Below are positions 30,462 through 41,432 of a stretch of DNA of 64,000 nt, piece by piece; the stretch's first letter is position 1; each line of letters starts with the position of its first letter. The DNA is from an uncultured delta proteobacterium. Lineage in GTDB: Bacteria; Desulfobacterota; Binatia; UBA9968. The notes below the pieces were generated by a model, which was not told where the DNA came from, did no database searches, and saw nothing but the letters and a program-made list of their open reading frames with translations. The DNA lies in contig CAVTUQ010000034.1 in NCBI GenBank assembly GCA_963737905.1, positions 96,001 to 160,000 of the forward strand. Reading direction: 5' to 3'. Both the position numbers and the translations under genes were made by a program.

Positions 30462-31160
30462 TCAACCCTTGGTCCTTCGGCCTTGCCCGAAAAGAATCTT
30501 CTTGGCTTCCTGGGTCATCCCAGGAGGCGCCGGGTTAATGGTTTTTGCGATCGCATAGGCCCGTTGCACTGCTTCGCGCCCCTGGATGGTCTTGAACCAA
30601 CGCTTGAGGTTCGGAAAGTCATCTAGATTTTGGCCCTGCCGCTCATGAAGGACGATCCAGGGATAGCAAGCCATATCCGCGATCGAATATTCACCGGCGG
30701 CAAACTCGCGATCGGCCAGCCGTTCGTCGAGCACTCCGTAGAGACGCTCGGTTTCTTTGACGTAGCGATTGATCGCATAGGTAAGTTTCTCGTCGGAGTA
30801 GTTTCTAAAGTGATGATTTTGTCCAAGCATCGGCCCCAACCCGCCCATTTGCCAGAAGAGCCACTGCATGACCTCCGTGCGGCCGCGCAGATCCGTCGGC
30901 AGAAACTTGCCGGTCTTCTCGGCGAGATACTGAAGAATCGCACCGGACTCGAAGACGCTGATCGGTTTGCCGCCGCCGGCCGGATCGTTGTCTATGATCG
31001 CCGGAATGCGGTTGTTGGGAGAAATCGCCAGAAACTCCGGTTGAAACTGTTCTCCTTTACCGATGTTAACCGGTTTGATGGAGTAGGGGAGACCGGTCTC
31101 TTCCAAGAATATGGTGACCTTGTGGCCGTTAGGCGTCGTCCAATAGTAAACATCGATCAT
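30462..31160 (-). CDS. Glutathione S-transferase, YfcG/YghU-like (nu class)
   Basis: YYWTTPNGHKV, ISPNNRIPAI, FESGAILQYLAEK and WLFWQMGGLGPMLGQ. Confidence 0.92.
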   Translation of the reverse strand: MIDVYYWTTPNGHKVTIFLEETGLPYSIKPVNIGKGEQFQPEFLAISPNNRIPAIIDNDPAGGGKPISVFESGAILQYLAEKTGKFLPTDLRGRTEVMQWLFWQMGGLGPMLGQNHHFRNYSDEKLTYAINRYVKETERLYGVLDERLADREFAAGEYSIADMACYPWIVLHERQGQNLDDFPNLKRWFKTIQGREAVQRAYAIAKTINPAPPGMTQEAKKILFGQGRRTKG

Positions 31161-31219
31161 TTTTTTGCTTTTCCCTTCATTCAATTAGGTATGAGGCGCA
31201 ATACTCGTCAAAACAGATT

Positions 31220-31408
31220 AACCGCAAAGAACGCAAAGGTTTACTCGATGGACTCTCTATAACACTAGGCTTAAGAGTTTTCCCAGCTTGAGCAAATTCT
31301 CTGACCGTGGTTCACCATGGATGCAGCACTTGGCCAAAGAAGGCCAGAAGTCGGGCGGGTTTGAAACCCGCTCCTACACGTTTTGTGCTCCTTGCGTTCT
31401 TTGCGGTT
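31220..31408. repeat. 17-bp perfect inverted repeats bracketing ~190 bp of intergenic DNA
   Basis: aaccgcaaagaacgcaa (31220-31236) and ttgcgttctttgcggtt (31392-31408). Confidence 0.7.
31353..31377 (-). repeat. GTAG-type REP palindrome
   Basis: The minus strand reads GTAG-GAGCGGGTTTCAAACCCGCCC, a GTAG foot plus hairpin. Confidence 0.65.
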
Positions 31409-31428
31409 GATTGTCGTACTCTTGTATC

Positions 31429-33672
31429 CTAATGCTTGTCTCGAATCGCGTTGAATACCTTCTCCGCCGTGACCGGAATTTCAAACAGCCGCACACCGCA
31501 GGCGTCGTGCACGGCGTTGGCAATCGCGGCCGGCGGGCTGACGTTGGCATGCTCGCCGATGCCTTTTGCCTCGTAGGGTCCGGGCCCGCCTTTGGACTGA
31601 ACCAGGACCGTCTTGAATTTTGGGATGTCCGCGATGTTGGGGATCTTGTACTCGCCGAGACTTGTCGTCGTGATCTTGCCGTTGTCGGCGATTAACTCTT
31701 CCATCAGGCTGGAGCCGATGGCCATCATCGTAGCGCCGTCGATCTGGCCCTGGTGGCCAATGGGATTTATGATCGTGCCGACGTCGTGGGCCGAGACGAA
31801 GCGATGAAGCTTCACGTGGCCCGTCTCAGGATCCACCTCCACCTCCGCTACCTGGGCAACGTAGGAGGTTGAAGAACCTTTTCGTGGGACCTCCACTTCG
31901 ACGCTTGCCGTGACCGGGCCGCCCGTGGCTGTGACGACTTCGCGCAAGGTCAAAGATTTGCGCGGGTTGTCGCGATGCGAGAATCGCGCCCCTTTATAGA
32001 CAACGTGTTCTTCCGCGCATTGGAGCATCTGCGCGGCCTGCGCGATCAATTTAGTCCGCAGCTCGCCGCATGCTTTGATCACCGCATGCCCGCCGATATT
32101 GGTCGAACGGCTGCCGCCGAAGCCTATATCGACGCTATAGGGGACCTCGGATGTGTTGCCGTTGCGGCAGCGCACATGATCGTACGGCACATCCATCTCA
32201 GAGGCGACGGTCTGACACATGATTGTCCGGAGTCCCGTTCCCTGGTCACCGCTCACGGTGAAGATCGTAAAGGTTCCGTCGAGCTCTGCAGTTACGACGA
32301 TCCAACCTTTGCCGGCGCCGGTGGCGCGCTCATACATGGCGACCCCTCGGCCGAAGTTCGGCCCCGGCTTGGGTTTCTTCCACCCTGCGGCATCGAGCGC
32401 TGCCTTGAGCGTTTCGCGGGCTTTGACGCCGATCATTTTTCTGCCCAACGCGTTCTCCTCGCCTTCGCCGATCAAGTTCTTCATGCGAAACTCCGCCGGA
32501 TCCATACCCAGCTCTCGAGCGATGAGATCCATATGCGACTCCACAGCGAACATGCCCTGGAGCGCGCCGGGCGCGCGCCAGAATCCGCAGGGGACCGTGT
32601 TCGTGTAGACTTGGAGGGCTTCCATATAGGCATGGTCAATGCGATAGGGGCCGGCCGTGCCCGCGCCGCCGATGCTCGCCTGTCCGGGTTTCATTCCCGC
32701 ATAGGCGCCGCTGCCATGAATGGCGCGCAGGTATCGGGCCACGAGACGACCGTCGCGCTTGATTCCCGTGCGTACCGTGATTACCGAATAGTGATCCGGA
32801 TTGGTAAACGTAAGCTCTTCAGAATTGGTCGCCACGATGCGGACCGGCCGCTTGGCCTGCTTGGCGAGGAAATAGGCGATGGGCAGATCTCCGGGGCCGC
32901 CCTTGCCACCGAAGTCTCCGCCGACGGTGACCGCGTGAACGCGAACATTGGCAGGAGCTAGGCCGATAGCTTTGGCTAACTGAGTTCGGGTGGCGAAGGG
33001 ACTCTTGCTGGATGACCATGCCAGCACCTGTCCATCGTCATCGATTTTGACGAGGAAGGCTTGGGGCTCGATGTAACCCTGATGGCGAAGCGGAATACGA
33101 AAAGTGTGTTCCAATACCAGATCGGCCTCGCGGAATCCCTGATCGATATCGCCCTTCTTCCAGATCACGCGGTTGCAGACATTGGGGATATCCTTAACCA
33201 TGATGTCTTTGGGTGCGCCGTCATAGGCTGAGGCATCATCGTGCAATATCGGCGCGCCCGGCTTCATTGCTTCCAGCGGATCGAAAACCGCCGGCAGCTC
33301 TTCGTATTCGACTTCGATAAGACCGATTGCTTCTTCAGCCGCCTCGAGAGTCTCGGCAGCGACCGCCGCGACTTTGTCGCCGATGTAGCGGACCTTGTCC
33401 CAGCAAAGGACGGGGATATCCCGGATGCTCTTGCCCACGTAGTGGTCGGGTTCGTCCTTGCCAGTAACGACTGCCTTGACGCCCGTAATCTTCCGGGCTT
33501 TCGACGTATCGATATTGAGGATACGAGCGTGAGGGTAGGGACTACGTAGAATCTTCCCCCATAGAGCATCCGGAAAGGGAACGTCGGCCGCATATACGGC
33601 TTGGCCGCTCACCTTCTCGGCGCCTTCCACCCGGCCCACTCCTGCGCCTATGATTGATTGTGCTTTCGCCAT
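31429..33672 (-). CDS. Xanthine dehydrogenase/aldehyde oxidoreductase family molybdopterin-binding large subunit
   Basis: KVSGQAVYAAD, LRSPYPHARI, VGGDFGGKG, WRAPG, QIDG and AKGIGE. The CODH AYXCSFR motif is absent. Confidence 0.92.
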   Translation of the reverse strand: MAKAQSIIGAGVGRVEGAEKVSGQAVYAADVPFPDALWGKILRSPYPHARILNIDTSKARKITGVKAVVTGKDEPDHYVGKSIRDIPVLCWDKVRYIGDKVAAVAAETLEAAEEAIGLIEVEYEELPAVFDPLEAMKPGAPILHDDASAYDGAPKDIMVKDIPNVCNRVIWKKGDIDQGFREADLVLEHTFRIPLRHQGYIEPQAFLVKIDDDGQVLAWSSSKSPFATRTQLAKAIGLAPANVRVHAVTVGGDFGGKGGPGDLPIAYFLAKQAKRPVRIVATNSEELTFTNPDHYSVITVRTGIKRDGRLVARYLRAIHGSGAYAGMKPGQASIGGAGTAGPYRIDHAYMEALQVYTNTVPCGFWRAPGALQGMFAVESHMDLIARELGMDPAEFRMKNLIGEGEENALGRKMIGVKARETLKAALDAAGWKKPKPGPNFGRGVAMYERATGAGKGWIVVTAELDGTFTIFTVSGDQGTGLRTIMCQTVASEMDVPYDHVRCRNGNTSEVPYSVDIGFGGSRSTNIGGHAVIKACGELRTKLIAQAAQMLQCAEEHVVYKGARFSHRDNPRKSLTLREVVTATGGPVTASVEVEVPRKGSSTSYVAQVAEVEVDPETGHVKLHRFVSAHDVGTIINPIGHQGQIDGATMMAIGSSLMEELIADNGKITTTSLGEYKIPNIADIPKFKTVLVQSKGGPGPYEAKGIGEHANVSPPAAIANAVHDACGVRLFEIPVTAEKVFNAIRDKH

Positions 33673-33829
33673 GCAAGACTCTCCTTCGTTTACATGAAGT
33701 CAACCGCTGGCCCGGCCTTTGCGCAATTGTCGGCGGCACACGCGGGCTCGCTCAGAAACTCTAGCGGAATATATCGTCAATCACTCCCGCCAAGCAACAA
33801 CAGTCACGCTTCTTTCAGTTTGGTTCGGC

Positions 33830-34643
33830 AAGCTCGAGTTGACTTACTTTCGCGGTCATTCGCGAAATTCAACGTTTGTCGGTAACCCGCGCTCAGGTGT
33901 CGTCGCCTACGCTGTCATGGCCGTAGTCATTCCCTACGGATCGATACTCCTCACTTCGCTTCTGAGGCTCGTTAGCGTCGGGCCGACGTTGAGCAATCTC
34001 ACGTGGGAGCACTCGCTCTGATGTTGAGCGGCGATTCCACCCGCGTTGAGAGACGCGCTGATCGCGAGTCTGTCGCTGGCAGTGTTGGCTGCTGCATTGG
34101 GAACCATTGTGGGGGCGGGCTGTGCCCGTGTGGGGGGCGTGCTGGCGAGTCTGGCGTTAATCCCGGTGGCCACGCCGGCCATCACCATGGCCGTCGGCTT
34201 CATCCGGGGTTGGAATGCGCCCTGGAGCGCCTGGCTGCCACTCTACGGGAGCGCAATGATGGTCGGGTTTTTCTACACCGCGCAGTTTTTGCCTTACGCG
34301 ATTCAGTACGCGCGCGCCCGGGCTGGCCGCCATTCCATCTTCCTTCAGTAGGGGCCGCGCGTGCCCCACGGGGCGAGCGCGGGTAAAGCCGTGAGACGCA
34401 TAGTCATGCCTCTATTGTGGCCCCACTGCCTGGGGGGAGCGATTTTGATCTTCTCGATCGCCTTTCGCGAACTGGTGGGCTCGGTCCTCTTGCGAACCCG
34501 GGCATGCAAACGGTATCCACGTTCATTTTGCGTGAGTTCGATCAGGGGAATCCACGAGGTCGGGGGGCATGGGCATGATCGCCATTACAGCAGCTTTATT
34601 GTCCATCATCGTTGCGCGCCGATTGGTCGGGCGAAATCGATGA
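33830..34643 (+). pseudogene. Fragment of an FbpB-like iron/thiamine ABC permease (truncated, frameshifted; ends approximate)
   Basis: Pieces SLSLAVLAAALGTIVG, IPVATPAITMAVG, RIVMPLLWP and FSIAFRELVGSVLL correspond to the C-terminal half only. Confidence 0.55.
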
Positions 34644-34673
34644 CCATAAGGTTTCTAGCTCGGTAGCGGCGAA

Positions 34674-34940
34674 CTACTTATCCTTGGTTGCTCCCGTAAC
34701 CTTGTCAGTCGCGTCCTTGGCAACCTCCTCGACCTTGTTTGTAGCGTCTTTGGCCGCTTCCTTTACGGTGTCCGCGGCTTTGTCCAGCGCCTGGCCTGCT
34801 TTCTCCATGGCTTTGTCGACTTCTTTTCCAGCCCGCTCGGCCGTGCCCTCTCCTGCCTTTTTCTCGCATCCAGCCAGGCTGAATCCCAGCAGAATAGCGG
34901 TAGCCGTCAGACAGCTTTTTCTGTAGAAAGACATGATCAT
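34674..34940 (-). CDS. Small lipoprotein with amphipathic A/K/D repeats
   Basis: Lipobox LAGC followed by GTAERAGKEVDKAMEKAG. Confidence 0.75.
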   Translation of the reverse strand: MIMSFYRKSCLTATAILLGFSLAGCEKKAGEGTAERAGKEVDKAMEKAGQALDKAADTVKEAAKDATNKVEEVAKDATDKVTGATKDK

Positions 34941-35022
34941 TCCCCCTTTATTTATTTAAGTTTCACTGTTAACGCTGATTTAGATACGAAGCAAGTTTTT
35001 TAGCGCTCGTTCGTGGGGAAAC

Positions 35023-35881
35023 TCACAACAGCGGCCCGCGGGAGAAGGTGTCACATTGCTTCAAGTCGCCGCTCGTGATCCCGCGGCGGAACCACTGCAC
35101 CCGTTGCTGGGCGCTGCCGTGGGTAAAACCCTCCGGAACCACGTAGCCACGCGCACGCTTCTGCATCCGGTCGTCGCCGATCTGGGCCGCGGCGTTTAAG
35201 CCTTCTTCGATATCGCCCTGTTCCAAAATGTTACGCTCGCGGTGCGCGTAGTTGGCCCAGATGCCAGCCAGGCAATCCGCTTGCAACTCGAGCCGCACCG
35301 ATAATGCATTGGCTTCGCGCTCACCGGAGCGGCTCTGCAGCGATTGCACTTTTCTCATGATGCCGAGAAGGTTCTGCACATGATGGCCGATTCGTGCGCG
35401 ATCACGTAGGCCTGGGCGAAATCGCCCGGCGCCTGGAAGCGCTGGCGCAAATCTCGGTAGAAAGCAAGGTCGATATAAACTTTTTGATCTTCGCCGCAGT
35501 AAAACGGGCCTGCCGCCGCTTGAGCAAAGCCGCAGGCTGACTCCACCGCGTCCGAGAAAAGCACCAAAGTCGGTTTTCGATAAGTTTGCCCGGCGGTCTG
35601 GAAGATCTGGTCCCATGTCCGCTCGGTGCTGCCGAGCACCCGCGCGACGAACTGGCGCATCTCGTCATTTATGCTCGCCTGTTGCGACTGTGGGGCCGGA
35701 GCCTGAGGAACGTATGTTCTTGCACGTTGCCCTGCAGCAGCATCCTCGGATCGAAGCCGAAGAAGAGCGCAAGCAGGATGATTATGAGGGTGCCAATACC
35801 GCCGCCCGCAACCCCGCGTGAGACCCGACGACCACGGCGGTCTTCGATATTCCGGCTTTCGTCTTCTTGATCGAGACGCAT
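35023..35881 (-). CDS. ypfJ: YpfJ-like neutral zinc metallopeptidase (frameshifted)
   Basis: ESRNIEDRRG, SACG..GPFYC, YVIAHE/GHHVQNLLG, ELQADCLAG and THGSAQQR. Confidence 0.85.
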
Positions 35882-36070
35882 AGCAGTTCCTCCTTTTAGT
35901 CTTAAAGGCTCTGTGGTCGCCCTGGATTCTTACAGGTGGATGATTGGTGTCAAGTTTATCTCCAAACCTCCAAAAGAAGCAAACCCGGCGTATTGCTGTA
36001 AGAGAGCATTGTTAGTAGAGTCGAATTTCAATCCGTCAGCACTATAGCCATCTAAAGGAGGACGATAGTC

Positions 36071-36550
36071 ATGGGACTCTTGGATGATTTGATTGGTAAT
36101 GTTTTCGGTTCTGCATTGGGCGGCAACCAAAGACAAGACCCACTGGGGTCGGCCCTGGGCGGGCTTGCCGGCGGTAACCAGGGACAGGGTGGGAACTTGT
36201 TGCTTCAGGTTGTCCTAGCGCTGTTGCAGCAGAACGGCGGATTGGAGGGAGTGCTCGGCAGGCTCCGTCAAGGCGGCCTGGGGCAACAAGCGGATTCGTG
36301 GGTCGGCACCGGTCAGAATATGAACATCTCTCCAGATCAGCTCCAGCAGGTATTCGGTTCGTCAACGATCAGAGATCTCGCCGCCCAACTTGGCATGCCG
36401 GAAGAGGAGACAGGTTCGACGATGGCCCGGTTACTGCCCGAAGTCATCAACCAGCTGACTCCCCAAGGGCAAGTGCCGGAGAATGGTGACGAGGAAATCG
36501 CCCAGGGACTGTCAATGCTGGCCAATCCCGAGCTGCTGCGCCGGGTATGA
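36071..36550 (+). CDS. yidB: YidB/DUF937 family protein
   Basis: MGLLDDL, GGLEG, GLGQQADSWVGTGQN and LPEVINQLTPQG. Confidence 0.88.
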   Translation: MGLLDDLIGNVFGSALGGNQRQDPLGSALGGLAGGNQGQGGNLLLQVVLALLQQNGGLEGVLGRLRQGGLGQQADSWVGTGQNMNISPDQLQQVFGSSTIRDLAAQLGMPEEETGSTMARLLPEVINQLTPQGQVPENGDEEIAQGLSMLANPELLRRV

Positions 36551-36712
36551 TTACGGAGCCACCGCCTCGGCTCTGTCTTGCTCCCTAAAATAACTTTTTC
36601 CCCTTCGCATTTATTTTTGGTGTTGGTGGTGTGAAGGGGCGCCTTTTACCGCCCTATTTTTCCCAATCTCTCCGTCCGGCAGGCCGTTTTGGCGAGACCG
36701 GAAAAGGGAGCG

Positions 36713-36737
36713 AGTACTTTTTCCCCCCCGTTCGTAT
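36713..36737 (+). promoter_or_regulatory. Putative ECF promoter upstream of the sigma gene
   Basis: ACTTT-N10-TTCGTAT; the same architecture recurs at 38226. Confidence 0.55.
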
Positions 36738-36843
36738 CAACTGTTAACAAAGCTTTTGTTTGAAGAGCTTTTTCTGCCGCGCCGGATGGTTGTATGATGA
36801 TTAAGTCGTTTAATTACAGCCTCAATTGTGAAGACACGAAGAC

Positions 36844-37398
36844 ATGCCGGCGGCTTGGCCTGAGAAGGATGATCATGAGCTGCTTGCCCTCATTCAGGAC
36901 GGCAGCCACCCGGCTTTCGCCGAGCTTGTCCAGCGGCATACCGAGCGCTTTTACCGGCTGGCCTATCGCTATGTACAAAATCGGGAAACAGCGGAGGACA
37001 TCGTCCAGGATGCCTTTCTCAGGTTATGGGAAAATCCGGCAATTTGGCAGCCGGAGCGGAAAAGCAAGTTTACCACCTGGTTCTATCGCATCGTGGTGAA
37101 TCTATGCCTCGATTGGCAAAAGAAGAAACGACCCATACCGCTGGACGAAGACATGCCATTGGTGGACGAGCGAGAAACAGCGGATGAAGCCATGATCCGA
37201 ATCCAGGAACAGGAGCTGCTGGAAAGAGAGATCGCCGCGCTTCCCGAGCGGCAGCGGACGGCCTTGAATCTTTGTTTTGCTGAGGGATTGAGCAATCAGG
37301 AAGCGGCGGAAGCCATGGGGGTGAATCTCAAAGCGCTGCAGTCGCTGATCATGCGCGCGAAGATCACACTGAAAGAACGCATGAAGGCCTACTTATGA
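36844..37398 (+). CDS. ECF sigma-70 factor
   Basis: AEDIVQDAFLRLW, FTTWFYRIVVNLCLD and region 4 LPERQRTAL..GLSNQEAAEAMG. Confidence 0.93.
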   Translation: MPAAWPEKDDHELLALIQDGSHPAFAELVQRHTERFYRLAYRYVQNRETAEDIVQDAFLRLWENPAIWQPERKSKFTTWFYRIVVNLCLDWQKKKRPIPLDEDMPLVDERETADEAMIRIQEQELLEREIAALPERQRTALNLCFAEGLSNQEAAEAMGVNLKALQSLIMRAKITLKERMKAYL

Positions 37399-37407
37399 GG
37401 ACATTGT

Positions 37408-37723
37408 ATGAGCGATAGACAAGACGAGAAACTTGATGCGATGCTCCGTGCTCGCCGGGTCGAACCCGCCAGTCCGGATCTGGCGCAGCGCATTATCTTA
37501 AAGGCGCAAAGCTTGCCGCAAAATCAGACAATCCCGCTATGGCAGTGGATGCGGCAGTTGTTCGCCGAGTTCCATCTGCCGCGCCCGGCCTATGTATTCG
37601 ACCTGCACGTTGATCTTCGGATTCGTCGTCGGTTTCAACACGCCGCTGAACACGACGCCTGCGGATGATTTAGATGCGGACCAGGTTCAAGGGTTTTTGT
37701 ATGCGGACGAGGAGATGTTATGA
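37408..37723 (+). CDS. Putative single-TM anti-sigma factor (frameshifted)
   Basis: LDAMLRA...PDLAQRII directly after the ECF gene. The TM segment is recoverable in an alternate frame, and the stop overlaps the next ATG. Confidence 0.6.
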
Positions 37724-38153
37724 ATCAGGAATTGAAATGGATCATCCTGGTGTCCATTCTCCTGAACGTCCTTTTGGTAGGTATTCTTTTCGGCCAGTTG
37801 CCGCGCCGGATGGATAGGGAGCTTACCGCCAACAAAGCATGGAGCAAGCCGTCGAGAAATTGCCAGAATCCGTCGGGAACCGTTTCGGCAAAAACTGGAG
37901 CACATGCGCGCCGCGGCCGAGCCCATTCGCAATCAAATTAGAGAAGCGCGGGACGAGACCATCCGGATAGTGATTGCCGAACCCTTCGATGAAGCCGCTT
38001 TTGACCGACAGGTGATAAAAATCAATGATCTGCGGATGCAGATGACCGCTATCTAAAGGAAACCGCGAAAAACCTGCCGCCGGATCAGCGGCGCGCTCTT
38101 GGAGAAACCATGAAGCGGCCTTCGGGGACCGCCTCGCGCTAAGCTGCAAACTG
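37720..38153 (+). CDS. Periplasmic heavy-metal-sensor-like protein (Metal_resist/CnrX-like), frameshifted; end approximate
   Basis: LVSILLNVLLVGILFG (SxxLN signature), then a helical region with AEPFDEAAFD and LPPDQR in alternate frames. Confidence 0.6.
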
Positions 38154-38177
38154 AGTCAAAAGCTATCTCTTCGAAGG

Positions 38178-38204
38178 AGCGCCGGTCTTACCGGCGCTTT
38201 TTTT
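38178..38204 (+). terminator. Rho-independent terminator
   Basis: agcgccggt-ctt-accggcgct followed by a T-run. Confidence 0.8.
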
Positions 38205-38225
38205 GTTTGGGGCTTTTCGGCTGCG

Positions 38226-38250
38226 GAGACTTTCGCCCCTTCATTCGTAT
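38226..38250 (+). promoter_or_regulatory. Putative ECF promoter upstream of macA
   Basis: GAGACTTT-N10-TTCGTAT. Confidence 0.55.
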
Positions 38251-38285
38251 TAAACCGTAAGGACTAAGGGGGAAGGTAAACCGCT

Positions 38286-39494
38286 ATGAAAGGCACGTCA
38301 GCCTACCAAAAATACGACGGAATAAGGTCATCGGTCTTTTGGCTGTGGCGGGTTTTGTCGCGGGAGGTTGTTTTTGGTACGCGGCGGCGCAAAAACCGCA
38401 GAGCGACTCATTTCGCCCAATCTCTGTTACTCAGGGAACTATAGAGGAGGTCGTTACCGCGCAAGGTAAGCTGGAAGCGAAGCAATACGTCGACGTCGGC
38501 ACCCAGGTATCGGGGCAAGTCAAGAAGATCCATGTCGATATCGGTGATGCGGTGACAAAAGGCGAATTGCTTGCCGAGATCGACCCGCGTGTCTATCAGG
38601 CGCAGGTGGAGGCCAACGAAGCGCGCATCAATAGTCTCAAAGCGCAGCTCAATCAACAGAAAGCGGAGCTGACACTGGCCGAACAGAACCTGAAGCGCAA
38701 TCAGAATCTGATCGCCATCAATGCCGTCAGCCAGCAGGCATTGCAGGAAAGCGAATCGCAGGCGGCCGTGGCAAAAGCTCAGGTCGAGTCCATCGCGGCG
38801 CAGATTCAAGAGACCGAATCCAATCTCCGAGGCAACCGAACCAATCTTGGGTTTACCAAAATCTATGCGCCGATGGCCGGCACTGTTACGACGATGCCTG
38901 CCCGCGAAGGACAGACTCTGAATGCCAATCAGACGACGCCCACCGTCCTTCAGGTGGCCAATCTCGATATCATGACCGTCGCGCGCAAATGTTGCCGAAG
39001 CAGACGTCAGTCGTCTCAAAGAGGGTATGGCGGTTTATTTTACGACTCTGGGCAATACGGAGCGCCGGTGGCAGGGCAAAGTGCGTCAGATCTTGCCTTC
39101 GCCGCAGATCGTCAACGACGTGGTGCTCTACGATGTCTTGATCGATGTGAAGAACGAAGGCCGCCAACTCATGACCGGGATGACGGCGCAGGTGTTTTTC
39201 ATCTTCGGTAAGGCGGAAAATGCCACGATTATTCCAGCCGAGGCTCTCACTCGCCCAGTGCCGAAAGAAGATAGCGAATTGGGTAAGGCCTACCGCGTCG
39301 CGGTCATGACCGAAACCGGCCGCGAGCAGCGGGTCATTCACGTCGGCCTGCAAACGCGCACCCAGGCAGAGGTAAAGGGCGGGCTCAAGGCCGGAGATCG
39401 AATCTTGGTCAATCGTCCGGCCGGGTCTGCCACTGCGCAAACCAACACCCCGCGCACCAACGCGCCACGCTTCAACCGGGGGCCGCAGCTGTGA
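38286..39494 (+). CDS. macA: MacA-like membrane fusion protein (frameshifted)
   Basis: VDVGTQVSGQV, LLAEIDP, FTKIYAPMAGTV, GQTLNANQTTP and LMTGMTAQV. Confidence 0.85.
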
Positions 39495-41431
39495 AAACAC
39501 CCATTCTCGAACTGAGCGACATCCATAAACACTACGCCAACGGCGATACGACGGTGCGCGCGCTCGACGGCGTGTCGCTGACGATTCACCGCGGCGAATT
39601 CGTCGCCATCATGGGACAGTCCGGCTCCGGCAAGTCGACGTTGATGAATATCATCGGTTGCCTCGACCGCCCGACTTCCGGCAGCTACCTGGTCTTGGGC
39701 AAGGAAGCGGCGCATCTTTCTCCCGACGAGCTCGCCGCGCTCAGGCGTGAAACTTTCGGTTTTGTCTTTCAGCGCTACAATCTTTTGGCCACCGCCACAG
39801 CGGGAGAGAACGTCGAGATTCCGTCGGTTTATGCCGGCCTCCCTAAACAGAAGCGGGCGCAGCGCGCCGGCGGACTGTTACAGCGTCTTGGGCTCGGCGA
39901 TCGCACCGATCATCGGCCCGCCGAACTTTCCGGCGGCCAGCAACAGCGGGTGGCGATCGCGCGCGCGTTGGTGAACGATCCGCCGGTGATTCTCGCCGAC
40001 GAGCCCACCGGGGCCCTCGATAGCAAGAGCGGCGAGGAGGTCTTGGCGCTGCTCAAAGAGTTGCACGCCGAAGGGCGCACGATCATTCTTATCACTCACG
40101 CCGAAAACGTGGCGCAACATGCGAGCCGCATCGTGCGCATCCAGGACGGCCGGATCTTCGAAGATAGCGGCGTCGACGAGAAGTCTGCGACTGGGACGGC
40201 GGTTGATGAGAATAGAAATTACGTGAGCGGCGTCAGCTTTGCCGCCAGCCTGCAGGAGGCGCTGGTCACCGCCTGGCGCTCGCTGCACGTCAATCTTTTT
40301 CGCACGGTGCTGACCCTGCTGGGTATCATCATCGGCGTTGCCGCGGTGGTCGCCATGCTGGCGGTGGGCGAGGGAAGCCGGCAGAAGGTGATCGATCGGA
40401 TCAGCGCCTTCGGCACCAATTTGATGCTGATACGGCCCGGAGCGGCCGGCATCCGCAACACCGGGGACATCGTGACCTTGGTTCCCGAGGATGCCGCGGC
40501 GATTAAAGCTCTGCCCAATATCGAGACCGCTTTGCCCGAGCGCAGCAGCCGCATGACCGTGCGCTACGGCAACATCGACTATCAAACATCGGTGCAGGGA
40601 ACCGGCGAGGATTTTCCAACGGCCCGGGACTGGAAAGTCGCCGAGGGACAGTTTTTCCATGCCGACGACATAAAGAGTTATGCGCCCGTGGTCGTCCTCG
40701 GCCGCACCGTAGCCCAAACGCTCTTTCCCAACGGCGGCAGCTCGGTGGGTAAGTATGTTCTGCTCCGAAACGTGCCGTTTCTCGTGATCGGGGTCATGAC
40801 CGAAAAAGGCGCGTCGCCCAACGGCAGTGACCAGGACGATGTGATCTTCGTGCCCATCAACACCGGGCTGGTGCGTTTATTCGGCAAAAGTTATCTGAGC
40901 AGCATTACCGTAAAAGTAGCCGATGCATCGGACATCGAAGCGACCCAGGCACGAGTGGAAGCATTGCTCAAAACCCGTCATCGGACCGAAGATTTCAGCG
41001 TCCGCAACATGGCCTCGATTCTCCAGGCAGCCATGGAAACCCAGGATACGTTCACGTTGCTTTTGGGCACCGTGGCGGCGATTTCTCTTTTGGTCGGCGG
41101 CATCGGCGTCATGAACATCATGCTGGTGAGCGTCGTGGAGCGCACCCGGGAGATCGGCATCCGCATGGCCACGGGCGCGCGCATGCGTGACATTCTGCTG
41201 CAATTCAATATCGAAGCGGCTGTGGTCTGCGCCGCCGGCGGCGTTCTCGGCATTCTTCTCGGCGTCATCGCGGGAATGGTGCTGCGCTACAGCGGCATGA
41301 CGGTGATTTTCTCCGTGACGCCGGCTGTGCTGGCTTTCGTCTGCGCTTCCGCCACGGGACTGATCTTCGGTTATCTGCCGGCGCGCAAGGCGGCGCAGCT
41401 GGATCCGGTCGTGGCTTTGGCTTCGGAGTGA
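39491..41431 (+). CDS. macB: MacB ABC transporter (ATPase plus permease)
   Basis: [31 protein letters not shown] and [23 protein letters not shown]. Confidence 0.95.
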   Translation: MKTPILELSDIHKHYANGDTTVRALDGVSLTIHRGEFVAIMGQSGSGKSTLMNIIGCLDRPTSGSYLVLGKEAAHLSPDELAALRRETFGFVFQRYNLLATATAGENVEIPSVYAGLPKQKRAQRAGGLLQRLGLGDRTDHRPAELSGGQQQRVAIARALVNDPPVILADEPTGALDSKSGEEVLALLKELHAEGRTIILITHAENVAQHASRIVRIQDGRIFEDSGVDEKSATGTAVDENRNYVSGVSFAASLQEALVTAWRSLHVNLFRTVLTLLGIIIGVAAVVAMLAVGEGSRQKVIDRISAFGTNLMLIRPGAAGIRNTGDIVTLVPEDAAAIKALPNIETALPERSSRMTVRYGNIDYQTSVQGTGEDFPTARDWKVAEGQFFHADDIKSYAPVVVLGRTVAQTLFPNGGSSVGKYVLLRNVPFLVIGVMTEKGASPNGSDQDDVIFVPINTGLVRLFGKSYLSSITVKVADASDIEATQARVEALLKTRHRTEDFSVRNMASILQAAMETQDTFTLLLGTVAAISLLVGGIGVMNIMLVSVVERTREIGIRMATGARMRDILLQFNIEAAVVCAAGGVLGILLGVIAGMVLRYSGMTVIFSVTPAVLAFVCASATGLIFGYLPARKAAQLDPVVALASE

Positions 41432-41432
41432 G

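Noticed and set aside
31429-33672. Aerobic CO dehydrogenase CoxL
   Set aside because: The active-site loop is FWRAPG rather than AYXCSFR, and there is no coxM or coxS.
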